This document shows, piece after piece, positions 11,174-24,500 of a stretch of 47,635 bases of DNA. A program made the position numbers and the translations under genes. The stretch is from Haliotis rubra. Its lineage: Eukaryota. Each line of letters opens with the position of its first letter. Within the stretch, counting starts at the first letter, position 1. Under the pieces are notes generated by a model. That model worked only from the letters and a program-made list of their open reading frames with translations, was not told where the DNA came from and did no database searches. The stretch is taken from assembly GCF_003918875.1 (NCBI RefSeq), contig NW_025767029.1:558001-605635 (forward strand), written 5' to 3'.

Positions 11174-11829
11174 CGTGTCCCAGCGACCGTTGCATCCTTG
11201 TCAACCACTGGCTTAGATGTGCTCGTGTCCCAGCAACCGTTGCATCCTTGTCAACCACTGGCTTAGATGTGCTCGCATCGTGTCAACCACTGGCCTCGCG
11301 TCCCAGCGACCGTTGCATTCTTGTCAACCACTGGCTTAGATGTGGCTTGCGTCCTTTGTCAACCACTGGATTAGATGCTCGTGTCACAGCGACCGTTGCA
11401 TCCTTGTCAACCACTGGCTTAGATGTGCTCGTGTCCCAGCGACCGTTGCATTCTTGTCAACCACTGGCTTAGATGTGCTCGTGTCCCAGCGACCGTTGCA
11501 TTCTTGTCAACCACTGGCTTAGATGTGCTCGTGCCACAGCGACCGTTGCATCCTTGTCAACCACTGGCTTAGATGTGCTCGTGTCCCAGCGACCGTTGCA
11601 TTCTTGTCAACCACTGGCATACATGTGCTCGTGTCCCAGCGACCGTTGCATCCTTGTCAACCACTGGCTTAGATGTGCTCGTGTCCCAGCGACCGTTGCA
11701 TTCTTGTCAACCACTGGCATAGATGTGCTCGTGTCCCAGCGACCGTTGCATTCTTGTCAACCACTGGCATAGATGTGCTCGTGTCCCAGCGACCGTTCCA
11801 TCCTTGTCAACCACTGGCTTAGATGTGCT
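11174..11829. repeat. 50-bp minisatellite, about 13 copies
   Basis: Unit CGTGTCCCAGCGACCGTTGCATYCTTGTCAACCACTGGCTTAGATGTGCT; explains the repetitive ORFs at 11146-11772. Confidence 0.95.
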
Positions 11830-13279
11830 ACTTTAGCGTGGAACAACATTCACTTCTGGTGGCATATCAGTTTATCCGCAGGTTGAAAGAGCTAAATGGT
11901 TGAAGAGTCTGGGTTTGACGTTTATACAATGCGTGAAGACCTTTCATAATGCAGATAGCGCTATTGAGCCGTATGCAATCAGTCTTCTCTTAGCTCTTCG
12001 TGTTAAGAATAGGCGTTGAAATTATTGGGGAAATATTAACCATATTTGTGTAAAGACGTTTTAATCAAGAAAATACACGACTGATACATCAACCAGAACC
12101 ACTAAATAATCAGCTACTCCAGATTTTGTCAGAGAGTTTACCTCATGATATTCAAAGACTTTCAATCTAGCCGTTCGCAAACTTGAGTGACCTTTAAACA
12201 CGTTATATAACTAGCGCATAGATCTTTGGAAGACCCTCTTTGCTCTGCGTAATACAGTAGTCTTCCTAGACTCCCAGACTAAACAACTAGTAAGGCAATC
12301 GATTAACCCGTCATTCATTTCGTTTTCTATTGAATTCCACAGAAGAATTGAATGTTGTATGAATACGTCAAGGCTGAATACACGTAATATGCTACCAGTT
12401 GAATGCAGTGGATCGATTCTCAGGACCATATTGTGAAAAATGTAGTTAATGTATTCATGCAATTAAACATGTCTACATCGATGTACGTGATGTTATCTGG
12501 TACAAGCGATGTTCGCGTACATATGTTCGCGAAAAAAGGCACACAAATCACACGCTTCAAAGACCTAACGTCAACAGGTAACACGCGCGATAAACTACGA
12601 AAGTGAATGAATTGACAAATCAGAAGTCAATGAATGGTGAAAAACTTACAGATGAGCAATATACAGCATATTGCATCAGGCTTTCGCCCAATCGATGCGG
12701 GCGGATTCGTTTAACGAAATGTGTTTGGAACAAAAGCTGTTTCACAGTATACTACTACATCAGTATTGAATGCACTGTGATATCAGCTGCAACATTCTAC
12801 CAGGTTTGACGTCACACTACACCAGCTGTTGCCGCAAGCCTGACCATATGGCGTCTGTTGTAGCTACCACACTGGGCAGCCATAGAAATACACACATTAA
12901 ACTGGGTTTGTGTCTGTTTAGTGCAGAATATATACACCAGTGCACGGCGGTTGTTGGTGTGGACGTTGCCAGCTGTGTTGTAGTTGTTGCTTCTGATGAA
13001 GGGGCACTTGCTATTGTTCATGGCGGTGTTTTGAGATCGAGTGGATTCGATGAGATGTCCCCACACCTGCTGTGCATGGTAGACACATACATGCTGATGT
13101 CAGTGTATCCTCGCCATACCGTCAACAACATGCTTTCCGTTACTCCTATAGCTCAACTTGATACGTTGAGAACTAAATGGGCACGTTTTGTTTACCCGTT
13201 TCCTTGCAAAGAGGCTGGGACACAAAATACCCTCTCATACCTAGAAATAGGATATTAATGTTGTTATTCGTGAACCTCT

Positions 13280-13521
13280 ACCCGTGAAGATCGGGGTTAG
13301 AATTGATCTGCAGCAACCCATGCTTGTTGTGAAAGAGGACTAACGGGATCGCGTGGTCAGGCTTGCTGATTTGGTAGATGCATGTCACCTTATCCGAATT
13401 GTGATGATCGATGATCATGATGTTAATCACTGGATTGTCTGGCCCAGACTGGCTTATTGACGTACCCACGTTATATAGCTTGCATATTGCTGAGTGCAGC
13501 GTTAAACAGCTAACAAACAAA
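13280..13521 (+). mobile_element. Short retroposon family A, near-full diverged copy
   Basis: ACCCGTGAAGATCGGGGTTAGAATTG...GACTAACGGGATC...ATATTGCTGAGTGCAGCGTTAAAC then (AAAC)n. Confidence 0.85.
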
Positions 13522-15678
13522 GTAATGAGCCCAACTATGACCCCACCTCAATCTATTCAAGTCGTTCGTATCTACATTTCAATATTACCGCCATGCTGGA
13601 AAGCTCATTCGTTGATTCTGAGGTCGAATGGCAACCTGTGCCGGACGTAGGTGCCATCAAAAGGACTATGTGATGTGGTTGATGACAACGTTCCCGACGA
13701 CTTGAATCGTTGATTATGATATACTGTTAAATTTGTTAAAGGTAGGAAATAACATTCAAAAACTGTACGAGATATTAGTTGTTGGTTGTAAGGTAATACC
13801 GGACGATTTAGGACACATTTCAACCGATGCTTAAGTGTAACAGCAGATGTTTTGACCGCCAGTTCTCTTAAGGGGAAATGTCAAAGGGTTCTTTCATCCT
13901 CTAACACAAACTAGGAACTACAAACGGGACAACGAAGGGCAGTTTCCCGACTGTACTGTCCAGTTAACATTTCTTGTACAATATGGAGTGGAGATCACTC
14001 AGTCGTCTTAATGTTAACCCCGATCATAACAGACCCCCAGATAAATCTGTCACGATGTCTCAGGTTGCCATTGGCTTGACGTTGTCTCGACGTCGTCAGA
14101 TACGACCACGGCTGTAGAAGAAGTGCAATGAGAATCAGGCAGTCCGATGAAAACTTTTTTCCATCACCATCATGTCGTAAAAGACCGGAATCGGTTTGGA
14201 CTATCCAGTAGTCACTTTATCTGTTGTATGTTGTTACCCCATGGCGTTGAACGTCGTCGTGTCGTTAGCATCTGGATTATTGCTGAGTGTGGCACAGATA
14301 GGACAAACACCTACGCTCATTCATATGAGATAACGTTTGTAAACAACTTTATGAATGAAGCTAATATCGATGAGGTCATGATTAGCGTATCAGCCAATTG
14401 TATGCTCAGCTTTGTCACGTCACTTGGTATAATAGGAAGCCGAGTTACGTGGGTGTATGTTATATGCTTAAACCGCGAGAAGCGTCGACATGACCCAAGA
14501 CCCGTGAATCTATTTTCGAAGAAGTCAACACGTGGATTTCATTCATATGTCAGTACTGTAATATTGCTGACAAGGCGTACCACAGCAAACACACAAACAC
14601 AAGTGATTAAGGAGATTAATACCATACCCTATAACAACAATAAACAATATTCTCCGATACCAAGTATGGTATAAATACCAAAGCACAAGATATAGTATTT
14701 CAAGAAGACATTTCAGAAGCTGAATATAAAAATTACGAATTGATATTTTTCTATATATTTTGAATTGTTTGCTAAATGTTTTAGCTTTCGGTTCGAAAAT
14801 ATGTTTGTTTGAAGCAAGGCATGTATTCCGTATGGTGGAAATGTGCACGTGGTGACTGCAAGATCTTGGTTTAGATTGTATGACTGTACATGAAACACGC
14901 CGAAGGTCATGGTTTTTGCTTCTCAGTCACTCACTAGGGCTGGGAGTATGAAATGTTGTGGGGCTTGGATTACGATATGTGTGGACAAATCTCACCTCCG
15001 TTGGGTGATAATATCTGCTGAAAAATACAAGACTAGGTAATACGAAATGCACAAACCCTTTGTGTTGACACAATCACCCCATGAATCCTCAATCCCAAGA
15101 AAACTCTATCGGTGTATTCGAGCTACCAGATTTCTTCATTTAAAGACAAGACGTTCAGAGACAGTCTTGGACCCACGAACCCGTGTGTCTCCTGCTGTGA
15201 ATTGTTCCTCTATGCCTAGTGTATCCAATATCATACTGACGATATCAAAACACTTTCAATCAGGCGAAAACAAAGTATTTATGTCAATCCAAAGAAATCG
15301 TCCCCCCTGAAAGTCTATTCCAAGCTGAAGATATCTCTGCGGATTATTAATGCTAGTTAGCATTAATGACTTGAAACAAACAAAAAAGACACGTTTTAGT
15401 ACATGAACAGACGTGACCTCTTCGACTTGTTTGTATATTAGAGATACAACTGTCAACCAGGTTCCAAATTAACGTCGGTCCTTAGGTCCGAAGCCGACCG
15501 AAAACCACTCGGACCCACAGCTTTTGTTTTTAGCAGGCCCTTATGGCCGACAGCATTTTCATCCCCAAAATCTAAGAGTATTATTTTTCATTCAGTAATT
15601 TCTAGTTTATAAATATAGGGCCTACACATTCTGATCAGGACTGTCTGGTTCTGGGTCCTTAGGTCCTGCAGCATTTAA

Positions 15679-17150
15679 AGGAGAATACGAACGAAAACAA
15701 AACTTTTGATAAATTGTAAAGGATATTCTAAAAGTCACATTCCGTGATTAAAATTGAACAAAAAGTTTGTAAAATAGCAATAAAAAAAAAAAAAGTACTC
15801 GTATTTCCGCCAGTTACGGATCAATACGATCCGATTTTACATCTCGCAAGACAATCTTCCATTGAAGATGAAGAAAAAGAATCAAGCGAAACGAAGGCAC
15901 CGCTTGAGGTCAAAATAAATTTTAAAAAAGACCATATCATTTAACAAGATTACTATTTGTCAGCAAAATGTCATACAGTTCCAGCCAGCAAACTCACCCC
16001 TATAAATATATGACCAGTCACAAAGAATTATTTTTATAAAAATGTGATTACAGTTCATTTTGTGTCAAATGGGTGACTGTAGAGTGACTGGGGTTTAAAA
16101 ACAAAATAATTGTGCTTCAGACGAGGGAAAATATAAATTATCTGCTTCACAAATTACACTGGAATTATTTTGTTGAAAAAAATTAGGATCCTAGTTCTCA
16201 TTAATAACGTATCAAGTATCGATACAAGATCCCAGCCTGGTCGAGCAGAGATAATATTCGCGACGCAGATTCCCTCAAAACTGGTGAATTATCAAATACT
16301 AGTCAGGACAACGTATGTTTCCCCATTGTTTGGTTATGGAAATAGTTATGGTACTCGGTCATAGCCTTAGAATGACATCTTGTCAGCCCCTGAAAATACA
16401 GAACAACTTTCATGGCACACACTACTGACAAATAGCGAGTCTGATGCCGACGTGCGTAATTGGACAAAATGGAAAACAATGAAAGTAACAAGTACTTCAT
16501 GATTTGCCGTTGTATTCGGCAATGTTTCGAGTAGACTGCATCATTTAGGGCTCCAAACCGAAAAGAACGTTATAGCGAAACGTTTTCAAGCTCATGTGAA
16601 ATCTCTGATTTTGAGTAAAATGCCACTAAGAGTAAGTTGTTTAAGGGAATGATGGAGTATAAATGAATCTCGTGGGTACTTTTTCCTTCTTCAGCCTAGC
16701 TTGGGGATTTCAATACCCCGTGCGTGCATGTCTCTTTCATATGCGTCCGAATCGGAATGATCGGCGCATTTCTCCTGCCGAAATCTGTCATTTCACTTGG
16801 AAAACGGAAGAAATGGTGGTTCTTTCCCATGTTCGATGATTCCGTGCATCCCCAGGCAACGCAATACACCATCGTACCATTTAAAAAAACGACAGAAACA
16901 ACGCGATTTGTATTACTGTAGCGCTTGGTCTTTGGCAATATGGCGGACTCCAGGCACATTTGACGTCACGAGCGGAAAGGTCACGTGGGTTCCAGCGAAA
17001 TATTCATAATGCCCGAAGCTGAGATTTACAGAAACTATTTTCGCGATTAAAACTTAATTATACATAATTTTTAATTGAAAATTTGGGAATATCTTTCTGA
17101 TGACTTTATCTTTCACCCAGCAAATTATTGCAATTCACTCCTATTCTCCT
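15679..17150 (-). mobile_element. Kolobok-like non-autonomous DNA transposon with THAP-domain remnant
   Basis: TTAA on both sides (15675-15678, 17151-17154); TIR AGGAGAATA...TATTCTCCT with purine-purine/pyrimidine-pyrimidine termini (unlike the CC..GG ends of piggyBac); THAP-like start on the minus strand. Confidence 0.8.
16792..16872 (-). pseudogene. Truncated THAP zinc-finger N-terminus (transposase remnant)
   Basis: MVYCVAWGCTESSNMGKNHHFFRFPSE matches the THAP start M-x2-C-x4-C...F(H/F)xFP; the downstream W, third C and H residues are not retained in frame. Confidence 0.7.
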
Positions 17151-17216
17151 TTAAGCCAGTTAAGGGCTAACACTCCTGTTAACAAGACAGTTATGTACAG
17201 TGATAGAAGTTACAGA

Positions 17217-18478
17217 AACCTACAACATATCCCAACCCCCGCCCTACAACACACCCCAACCCCAGCTCTACAACATACCCCAACCCTACAACATACCCCA
17301 ACCCCAGCTCTACATCATATCCCAGCCCTACAACATACCCCAAGCCCAGCCCTACAACATATCCCATCCCCAGCCCTACAACATATCCCAACCGAACAAT
17401 ATACCCCAACCCTACAACATACCCCAACCGTACAATATACCCCAACCCTACAACATACCCCAGCCCGACAACATACCCCAACCCTACAATATACCCCAGC
17501 CCTACAACATATCCCAACCCTACAATATACCCCAACCCTACAACATACCCCAACCCTACAACATACCCCAGCCCTGACAACATACCCCAACCCTACAATA
17601 TACCCCAGCCCTACAACATATCCCAACCCTACAATATACCCCAACCCTACAACATATCCCAACCCTACAACATACCCCAGCCCTACAATATACCCCAGCC
17701 CTAGCCTACAACATATCCCAACCCTACAATATTACCCAACCCTACAACATATCCCAACCCTACCCAACCCTACAACATATCCCAACCCCAGCCCTACAAC
17801 ATATCCCAACCCCAGCCCTACAACATATCCCAACCCCATATCCCCAACCCCAGCCCTACAACATATCCCAACCCCAGCCCTACAACCCTACAACATACCC
17901 CAACCCCAGCCCTACAATATATCCCAACCCCAGCCCTACAACATATCCCAACCCCAGCCCTACAACATATCCCAACCCTACAATATACCCAAACCCCAGC
18001 CCTACAACATATCCCCTTACAACATACCCCCACCCCAGCCCTACAACATATCCCAACCCCAGCCCTGCAACATATAACAACCCTACAACATACCCCAACA
18101 CCAGCCCTACAACACATCCCAACCCCAGCCCAACAACACATCCCAACACCAGCCCTACAATATATCCCAACCCCAGCCCTACAACATGTCCCAACCCCAG
18201 CCCTACAACATATCCCAACCCTACAATATACCGTAACCCCAGCCCTACAACATATCCCAACCTTACAACATACCCCCACCCCAGCCCTACAACATATCCC
18301 AACCCCAGCCCTACAACATATCCCAACCCTACAACATACCCCAACACCAGCCCTACAACACATCCCAACCCCAGCCCAACAACACATCCCAACACCAGCC
18401 CTACATGATATCCCAACCCCCAGCCCTACAACATACCCCAACCTCAGCCTTACATCGTACCCCAACCCCAGCCCTACA
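17217..18478. repeat. C-rich/G-rich compound minisatellite (18- and 24-bp units)
   Basis: Units CCCAACCCTACAACATAC/T and CCCAACCCCAGCCCTACAACATAT; produces the spurious PQPYNI/TPTLQH/GLGYVV/CCRAGV ORFs. Confidence 0.95.
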
Positions 18479-19590
18479 CTACTGAGTATATTAAGCATAG
18501 ACTGATTACATGAGAAATGTCAGTAGTGTTGGTAGCCATCTTGTTTTTGGAGACTATACTGAATCTCAACAATGACGAATGGTTCAAGGCATAAATTAAC
18601 TGTGTCTTCAAATCCAAAGAGCGCCTTATAATCGTCCCAAGACCAATCTGTGACAAGAGAGTGAACACAAATGTGAATATCGACATAACAAGTTAACAAT
18701 AAACAAACAACAAAATACAAAACATTCATTAACGAAGCGGCGTTTCAACTGTTACTCAGAATACGATATAAGTAGGAAGCCATATGTCGCTTGACTGAAT
18801 ATAGCTCATTAATTTCTTAAAATCTTTACTGATAAATATTTTCGAATGTATGAAATTGACTAATGCCTCAGCACAATTGCACAGAAGACCGTCACACCCA
18901 CAACGCTGAACGGTGCTACGTCAGCAGATGCTGAGGACGAACCACGTCATGTTGTTGGTATAACGCATCCATATTCGTGAAGAGAAGGTGACAGGTGGTG
19001 GCTCCACTTACTGTATGACGGAACTATAAACGCAGCGTCACTCCGCCTACATACAATGTAAATGCAGGCACAATATTGACGTCTCGTTCAGCGTTCGTCC
19101 GTATCAATTGCATGGCCTAAAGAATGTGATACTGAAAGCTGTCGTTTTGACAAATTATGCTATTCAAGAATTTGGTTTCAGGGTCAAAAGTGGGAGTTTG
19201 TTTTTCTTATATGTGTATTGTTATTAATGATATCGGGGGTAGGCGTCGTTTGGTTGAAACTATTCAATACAGTAACACAAGTTCGGGGTGACCTGTATTA
19301 ATTTTCACAGGATAGATTAGGAGAAACGGCTGTCATGACATACATGTGCGTGTCGATTAAAGTTTTGAGTATATTATTCTCAAAAGAAACGTGCAATTTA
19401 GTACCAATGTAACGTAAAGGGCTTAATTATGTTACGTTAAACTCTTTTAAAACCTCGTGAAGAGCAGCAACATGCTAAATTCAGGCACCAACCGTAATGT
19501 CACGAACAAAACATCGCAGATAAGACAATGATGGTGCAAACGCTGAATTATACATCCCATTAAAAGTTTAGATTCACTTAAAACACTAAC

Positions 19591-19649
<59 letters not shown>
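19591..19649. repeat. Compound microsatellite (TA)n(TG)n
   Basis: Direct reading. Confidence 0.95.
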
Positions 19650-19652
<3 letters not shown>

Positions 19653-20449
19653 GTTACATCGAAGATTCATTTCTTCACTAACTTGGGGGAACCAACTGCA
19701 AACCTTATGCAGATGAACTGCACGAGGATCATGCATCAAATTGCTGAAAAGCATGTGCAAGTATCGTGCATGTGAACAGCTACGTTTTGGTGTAAAGTTT
19801 TGTTAAGAATTCGCCAATTTTCACTGATTTTTATCATTTATTGAACTCATGACAATAATCTTTTCAACGTTACGAATTTGTTTAACAATGCATCAGTTCA
19901 TGTGTAAACAGAGTACCTTTAAACAGTATAGAATATTTTGCAAAATTTAGTTTAGAACAGTTGCCAGAAGTAAGTGGCTATATTAACACTAGTGAGTCTA
20001 AACCTTTGATGGGAAGTATATTTTGTCATTTTGAATGCAAATAGGTTATTCACTGTGGTAAACTGTTGAAGTCAAATGAAATGATACACATATATGGCGT
20101 GAGGGTATGCCTAATCTGCTCTGGGAACTTTTGTATCGGTTATAGGTAGGTATTATTTATTAAAAGGGGACCATGGCTTGTATTTGAAACTTATATTCAT
20201 GTGGAGATCTTGAATGAAACTTTCGGGTGTCCTGCATTCAACGACAATAATACATAGCAGCTATCAAGAACGTGTTTCTTCAAGGGGAACTTATCAGTAC
20301 ATTGTCATTTCACATAATGAACACAGTTTTAAATATGTTGCGCTAACATTTAAGATTTTTTATTAATGGTTTTAGTCGAACTTAATGCTGGTTTATTTAT
20401 GTGTAATTACCTTTCCCTTTCTAATGTAGACCGTTTCTCGTTTGTTTAG

Positions 20450-21520
20450 CACCTACATGGCATCCGGCTTGTGTCGAAGTCCCTTCAGAAGTTGTACCTC
20501 TTCAACCTGTGGAACGTCCTCTTCATCAGCGTAGACGGCAAGGACCTCCGTTACATCAACATTGACGACGGTTTGGAGACTATGGAACATCTGGAGCTGT
20601 ACACCCCAAAACTCCGCCGCGCTCGCATCAACGGCAGCAACGCCATGAAAACAGTCAGCATCAAAAGCAACAAACTTTCTTTTCTTGAACTTTCTAACTG
20701 CGAAGAACTGGATATGCGTTCCTTGAGAGAGACTCTCAAATCCAACCCGTCCATTTTATGTCTAAAGATTGGATGTCTTTCGCAGGACAGTTTGCTGTTG
20801 GACGAACTAATTATCCCAAATCTGCATGAACTGTGTCTGTTATCGGACTTTGCGTGTGAGGCAATTCACATTAGGAGTCCCACTCTCCGTCTGTTCCACA
20901 CGGAAGCAGAGAACGACATTATTACACTCAATCACATCTACATCACTGCCAACCACATATGCAAGATAGCTTTAGTGGGAATGCCAGCCTTGAAAACAAT
21001 GACGATTCAGTGCGTGAGTGTGGACTCTATAGAGCTAAACCTATGTAGTGACGAACAGATCAATCTGGACTCCTGTGTCATCCATGCTATGGGCGCGATA
21101 GGATTCTTGAGACTTTTTGACTGTAAGCTCAATTTGCTATCAGTCAGTACCCCGGTGGCCGAAACAGTTGTTCTCTATCGTTGCCAGATGACCAACTACG
21201 TCCTCCAGATGGCGCTGAACGGCTGCCACAATATATCTCACCTCAACCTGGAAAAATGCAGGAGTATAACGCAGGTGTCCGTGGATGCTCCCCCCATGAT
21301 GTTCCTCAATATGTTCGGGTGTCGAGAAGTCCATCGTCTTGATCTGGACTGTCCGCAGCTCTTAGCCCTCAACTTAGGCCAGTGTCCAAACGTACGATTG
21401 TTCCTGAAGGGGGTGGAACAAGACCTGTCCACGTGCTGTGACCAGCCGAAGATTGTCAGTCCCACGGAATCCATCAGATGGAGTCATCACTTCCCGCCAC
21501 TGCATATATGTGGACTGTGA
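20450..21520 (+). CDS. F-box/LRR-repeat protein, exon 2 (long LRR solenoid, stop)
   Basis: Acceptor tttgtttAG|CAC, phase 0, in frame with the 349-aa ORF; joins ...LKKLSISNCE|HLHGIRLVSKSLQKLYLFNL...; many LRRs (LSFLELSNC, ISHLNLEKC, CPQLLALNLGQCPNV); spliced total about 649 aa. Confidence 0.88.
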   Translation, partial: HLHGIRLVSKSLQKLYLFNLWNVLFISVDGKDLRYINIDDGLETMEHLELYTPKLRRARINGSNAMKTVSIKSNKLSFLELSNCEELDMRSLRETLKSNPSILCLKIGCLSQDSLLLDELIIPNLHELCLLSDFACEAIHIRSPTLRLFHTEAENDIITLNHIYITANHICKIALVGMPALKTMTIQCVSVDSIELNLCSDEQINLDSCVIHAMGAIGFLRLFDCKLNLLSVSTPVAETVVLYRCQMTNYVLQMALNGCHNISHLNLEKCRSITQVSVDAPPMMFLNMFGCREVHRLDLDCPQLLALNLGQCPNVRLFLKGVEQDLSTCCDQPKIVSPTESIRWSHHFPPLHICGL

Positions 21521-24500
21521 CCTGTATTTACTGCAGCATTCCCGTGATCTCAAAATATGCACAAGTGATGTTTACTTTTAATAGTGTACTATTATGTACA
21601 TAAATAGAAATAGGGAACGACCAAAACTGACAAGACATGTATGAATGTTACATTGACAGAGTGCTGAGTTTATATTGTAATGTTGAACATCATGCGGAGT
21701 GACTAATGGTGTTGAAGTGATACTTTTTACTTAACAAAGTAATACCTATCAATATGCACTTTTGAAAGCGTTCTCTAACATTTTGCCTCCGGTATGTATG
21801 CAAATCAGTATGGCTGGGGGAATTGCATAGTGTATCCTTGGAGACGTGTGGCACTCTTTCATCTCAAACTTTCGGTTTAAACAGAGTATTGTATTTTGAA
21901 CGACTTTTAAAAACGAACATTGTTCGTACTATTTACAAAAATGAATAGTCACAGTGGTTTACTTCGTGTGCAGTTACCGGAATATTCTTATCAGAATATA
22001 AATAGTATGTTTTGAACATCAAAACATGTTTACAAAGCCACACACGTGTTGGATGCCTGTCTCCAATCCCTACCACCACAAGGTACTCCAGATTCCTAAT
22101 TACAAACTGCAAACTGTAATCTACTGCGTATATATACTGTTTACTGATCTCACACACTAAGGTTACCAAAGGGATATATTGCCATATACAGACAATTCAA
22201 GTAAGAAAGCATTTAAATCATTGTTTAATACTCAGGCGCGAGACAATATCAAATTCGTGTCATTGTTATCGGTCCAGGGTATCCAGGGTAGCTAAATGCT
22301 GACATATTTACAGGTGACAACATAAAGCAACGGAAGATTTCTAAAAGTTGGCAGTTGATGCCACTTATACCTGTCCAAAAGGTTTGTAGGTTTTACTGAC
22401 CAAGTTCAATTAATTAATTATAGCCATATAGGAATGCCTTCCACAGAACCAGATGTCATTGATGTCCTACTTTAATCACACAGGGATATCGATCTGCATC
22501 TCAGAACACATGTGATACCAATATCCAAGGGATAGATCTCTAACATTTACACCTCAGGCGTGATAAAAAACCACGATTACAAGCTGTGTTCAAACAGGGC
22601 AACCACAAGGATGTCCTTACAAGGCCGTCTATTTAACCAGGTATGGTGTATACTAAGGTATAACTACTGATGCCGGTATAATATGACACAGTGCACATTT
22701 TGTATGTTTCATGAAAACAATGAATATTCCAGCTGTTTCAGTATGACTGAATTCGATGGTGATTGGAGGAGGAAGTCCTCCCACAAAGTTGTAATTATTC
22801 AATTTGGGATTGCTTTTATACCGAGTTTATAGATACGAATGGATGTTTGCATTTATTCTGTGCGATTGCCACAAGTGTACATGCTTGTGCTTCAGAATGC
22901 GCGTCTGGAAGACGTAGGTTTACAGCGATACTAGGCATTGTCTCTTTCAACGCCAGAGTCGGCTTCCAAACATAAGAAACCGTTTGCTTCTGTAGGTTGT
23001 CGTGTTATATGATTTGGGGAAACATTTATGCCAGCTAGTGTTTAATCTCGTGACCCTACACTAACATCAGACTATGACTTCGCTCACGTCTGAGTAATAA
23101 AACATCGCTCCCGATAGATGAATCACTGTTTATTATCTAAACCCTTCCCCTGTTTCAAAACGTTATCAACTTGACGGACCTTTCAGTGAATAACAACAGA
23201 AACACCCGTCTTATTGCTTTCCCTGACTTTCTTCATGGGCAGCTGTTAACTGTTAAAGTTGTTAACTGTTAAAATCTAACTTTGTCTTGTAATGTCGTTT
23301 TTCACTTCATGTCCTTATGGACTTTTAGTCATTCGTGGCATCTTTCTCACTTTCTCCACATCTCTTTATTTCATGTACCTGATTTTAAAGTAATCAACTG
23401 CAAGAACACTGACAGTTACTCAGATTATGACTGTCTATCTGTTGATGACGAGTATTCAATGCGCCGTTTCGTCTTGTGATAAAATCCTTGATTAGATGTG
23501 ATCTGTACAAATCTGCAAGCACATATGTCGGTCACCTGGTGGCTTTAAGAATGTGTACCGGTGAAGCAACAGTTCAAAACATAAAGAGTGTCTTCTAGGC
23601 AAATATTGTCTAATTATTTCATATATTCCAATGGCTGTATGATATCATTTACAGGTCATTGTTCTAGTTGCATGCTGTGTATTGTAAGAGTAAACAACAG
23701 ACAATCGTTAATTTAAACATGACTACTCACTACCCATGATGTTAGTGTTAGTGATGCATATTGAGATCTGCGATGGAAATGTTTAATTAAATCCAATATA
23801 TCGGAATCATATGAAGGACGGGTAGAAAGTAGAAAGCAACATATGAGAGAAGGTAAAGGCAACAAATCCATGCCATAATCATAGGAACATATCATTGAGT
23901 GTATCATAAGCAGGTGTGATCAACAGTGATGCTATCGGGTTCTTCCACGTCTCATCGTTTGTACCCGTTCCAGACACACGCACAGTTAAAGTATGATAGA
24001 AGCCAATATAGAAATTGTATCGGGGATGCAACATGCGTTTCGAAATTTTCTCCACCTTTTATTCAATAAACGTTTTACGAAAGCCTTGAATGTTGTAACC
24101 CTCATAATTTGCGCAAGAGTCGTTGGACGCTCTTCTATGTCTCTTCTCAGAAACTTGATCTCTTGATTGTCTCTCAAAAGTTTTGTAATGAAGACCTCCA
24201 AGTATGGAGAGTTGGAATAATGCTCGACCTAAAGGTAAAGCTGAAGTCGTGTCTCTAATGTAATAAAGTCGCGTGGATAGAACTGCGTGAACTTCAGGAT
24301 GTTTGTGGATGATACCGTCTTTTGTGTCTCCGCAAGTCATTGGGAAACCAGGGCTATGATGAGACGCCACTCGTTGTCAGGCGAACGTAATTGGACACAG
24401 TTTTGATCATTTTGTTTGTGAACCGTTGATTTGGAAGCAAAATAAAAAACTGCGAGGGTTATGATTTCATATTTTAAGCATATGCATTTGGTGGTATATT

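Larger units (their letters stand above)
15458..17175. mobile_element. Possible small hAT-like MITE split by the Kolobok insertion
   Basis: Left end CAGGTTCCAAATTAAC; internal GGTCCTTAGGTCC repeated; near-identical 8-bp flanks CTGTCAAC (15450-15457) and CTGTTAAC (17176-17183); TIR match is poor. Confidence 0.35.

Noticed and set aside
11146-11829. CRISPR-like regular array and repetitive ORFs
   Set aside because: Head-to-tail 50-bp units with no unique spacers; eukaryotic intron; no cas genes.
12770-13258. 162-aa plus-strand ORF and overlapping minus-strand ORF
   Set aside because: No recognisable domain, no clear splice sites; lies in the F-box intron.
14147-14674. 175-aa ORF
   Set aside because: Begins in a degenerate family-A retroposon fragment; no recognisable motifs.
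17100-18498. Long ORFs rich in PQPYNI, TPTLQH, GLGYVV or CCRAGV resembling adhesive or shell-matrix proteins
   Set aside because: They arise in several frames on both strands from an 18/24-bp minisatellite; there is no signal peptide or convincing splice context, and indels shift the frames.
18886-19120. Possible MITE with AACGCTGAACG inverted repeat
   Set aside because: Only an ~11-bp internal match; termini and TSD could not be defined.
24337-24400. EWRL motif suggesting a Mab-21/cGAS-like pseudogene
   Set aside because: Only four residues match; the flanking Mab-21 motifs (SF...E, LK, SY.LKT) are absent.
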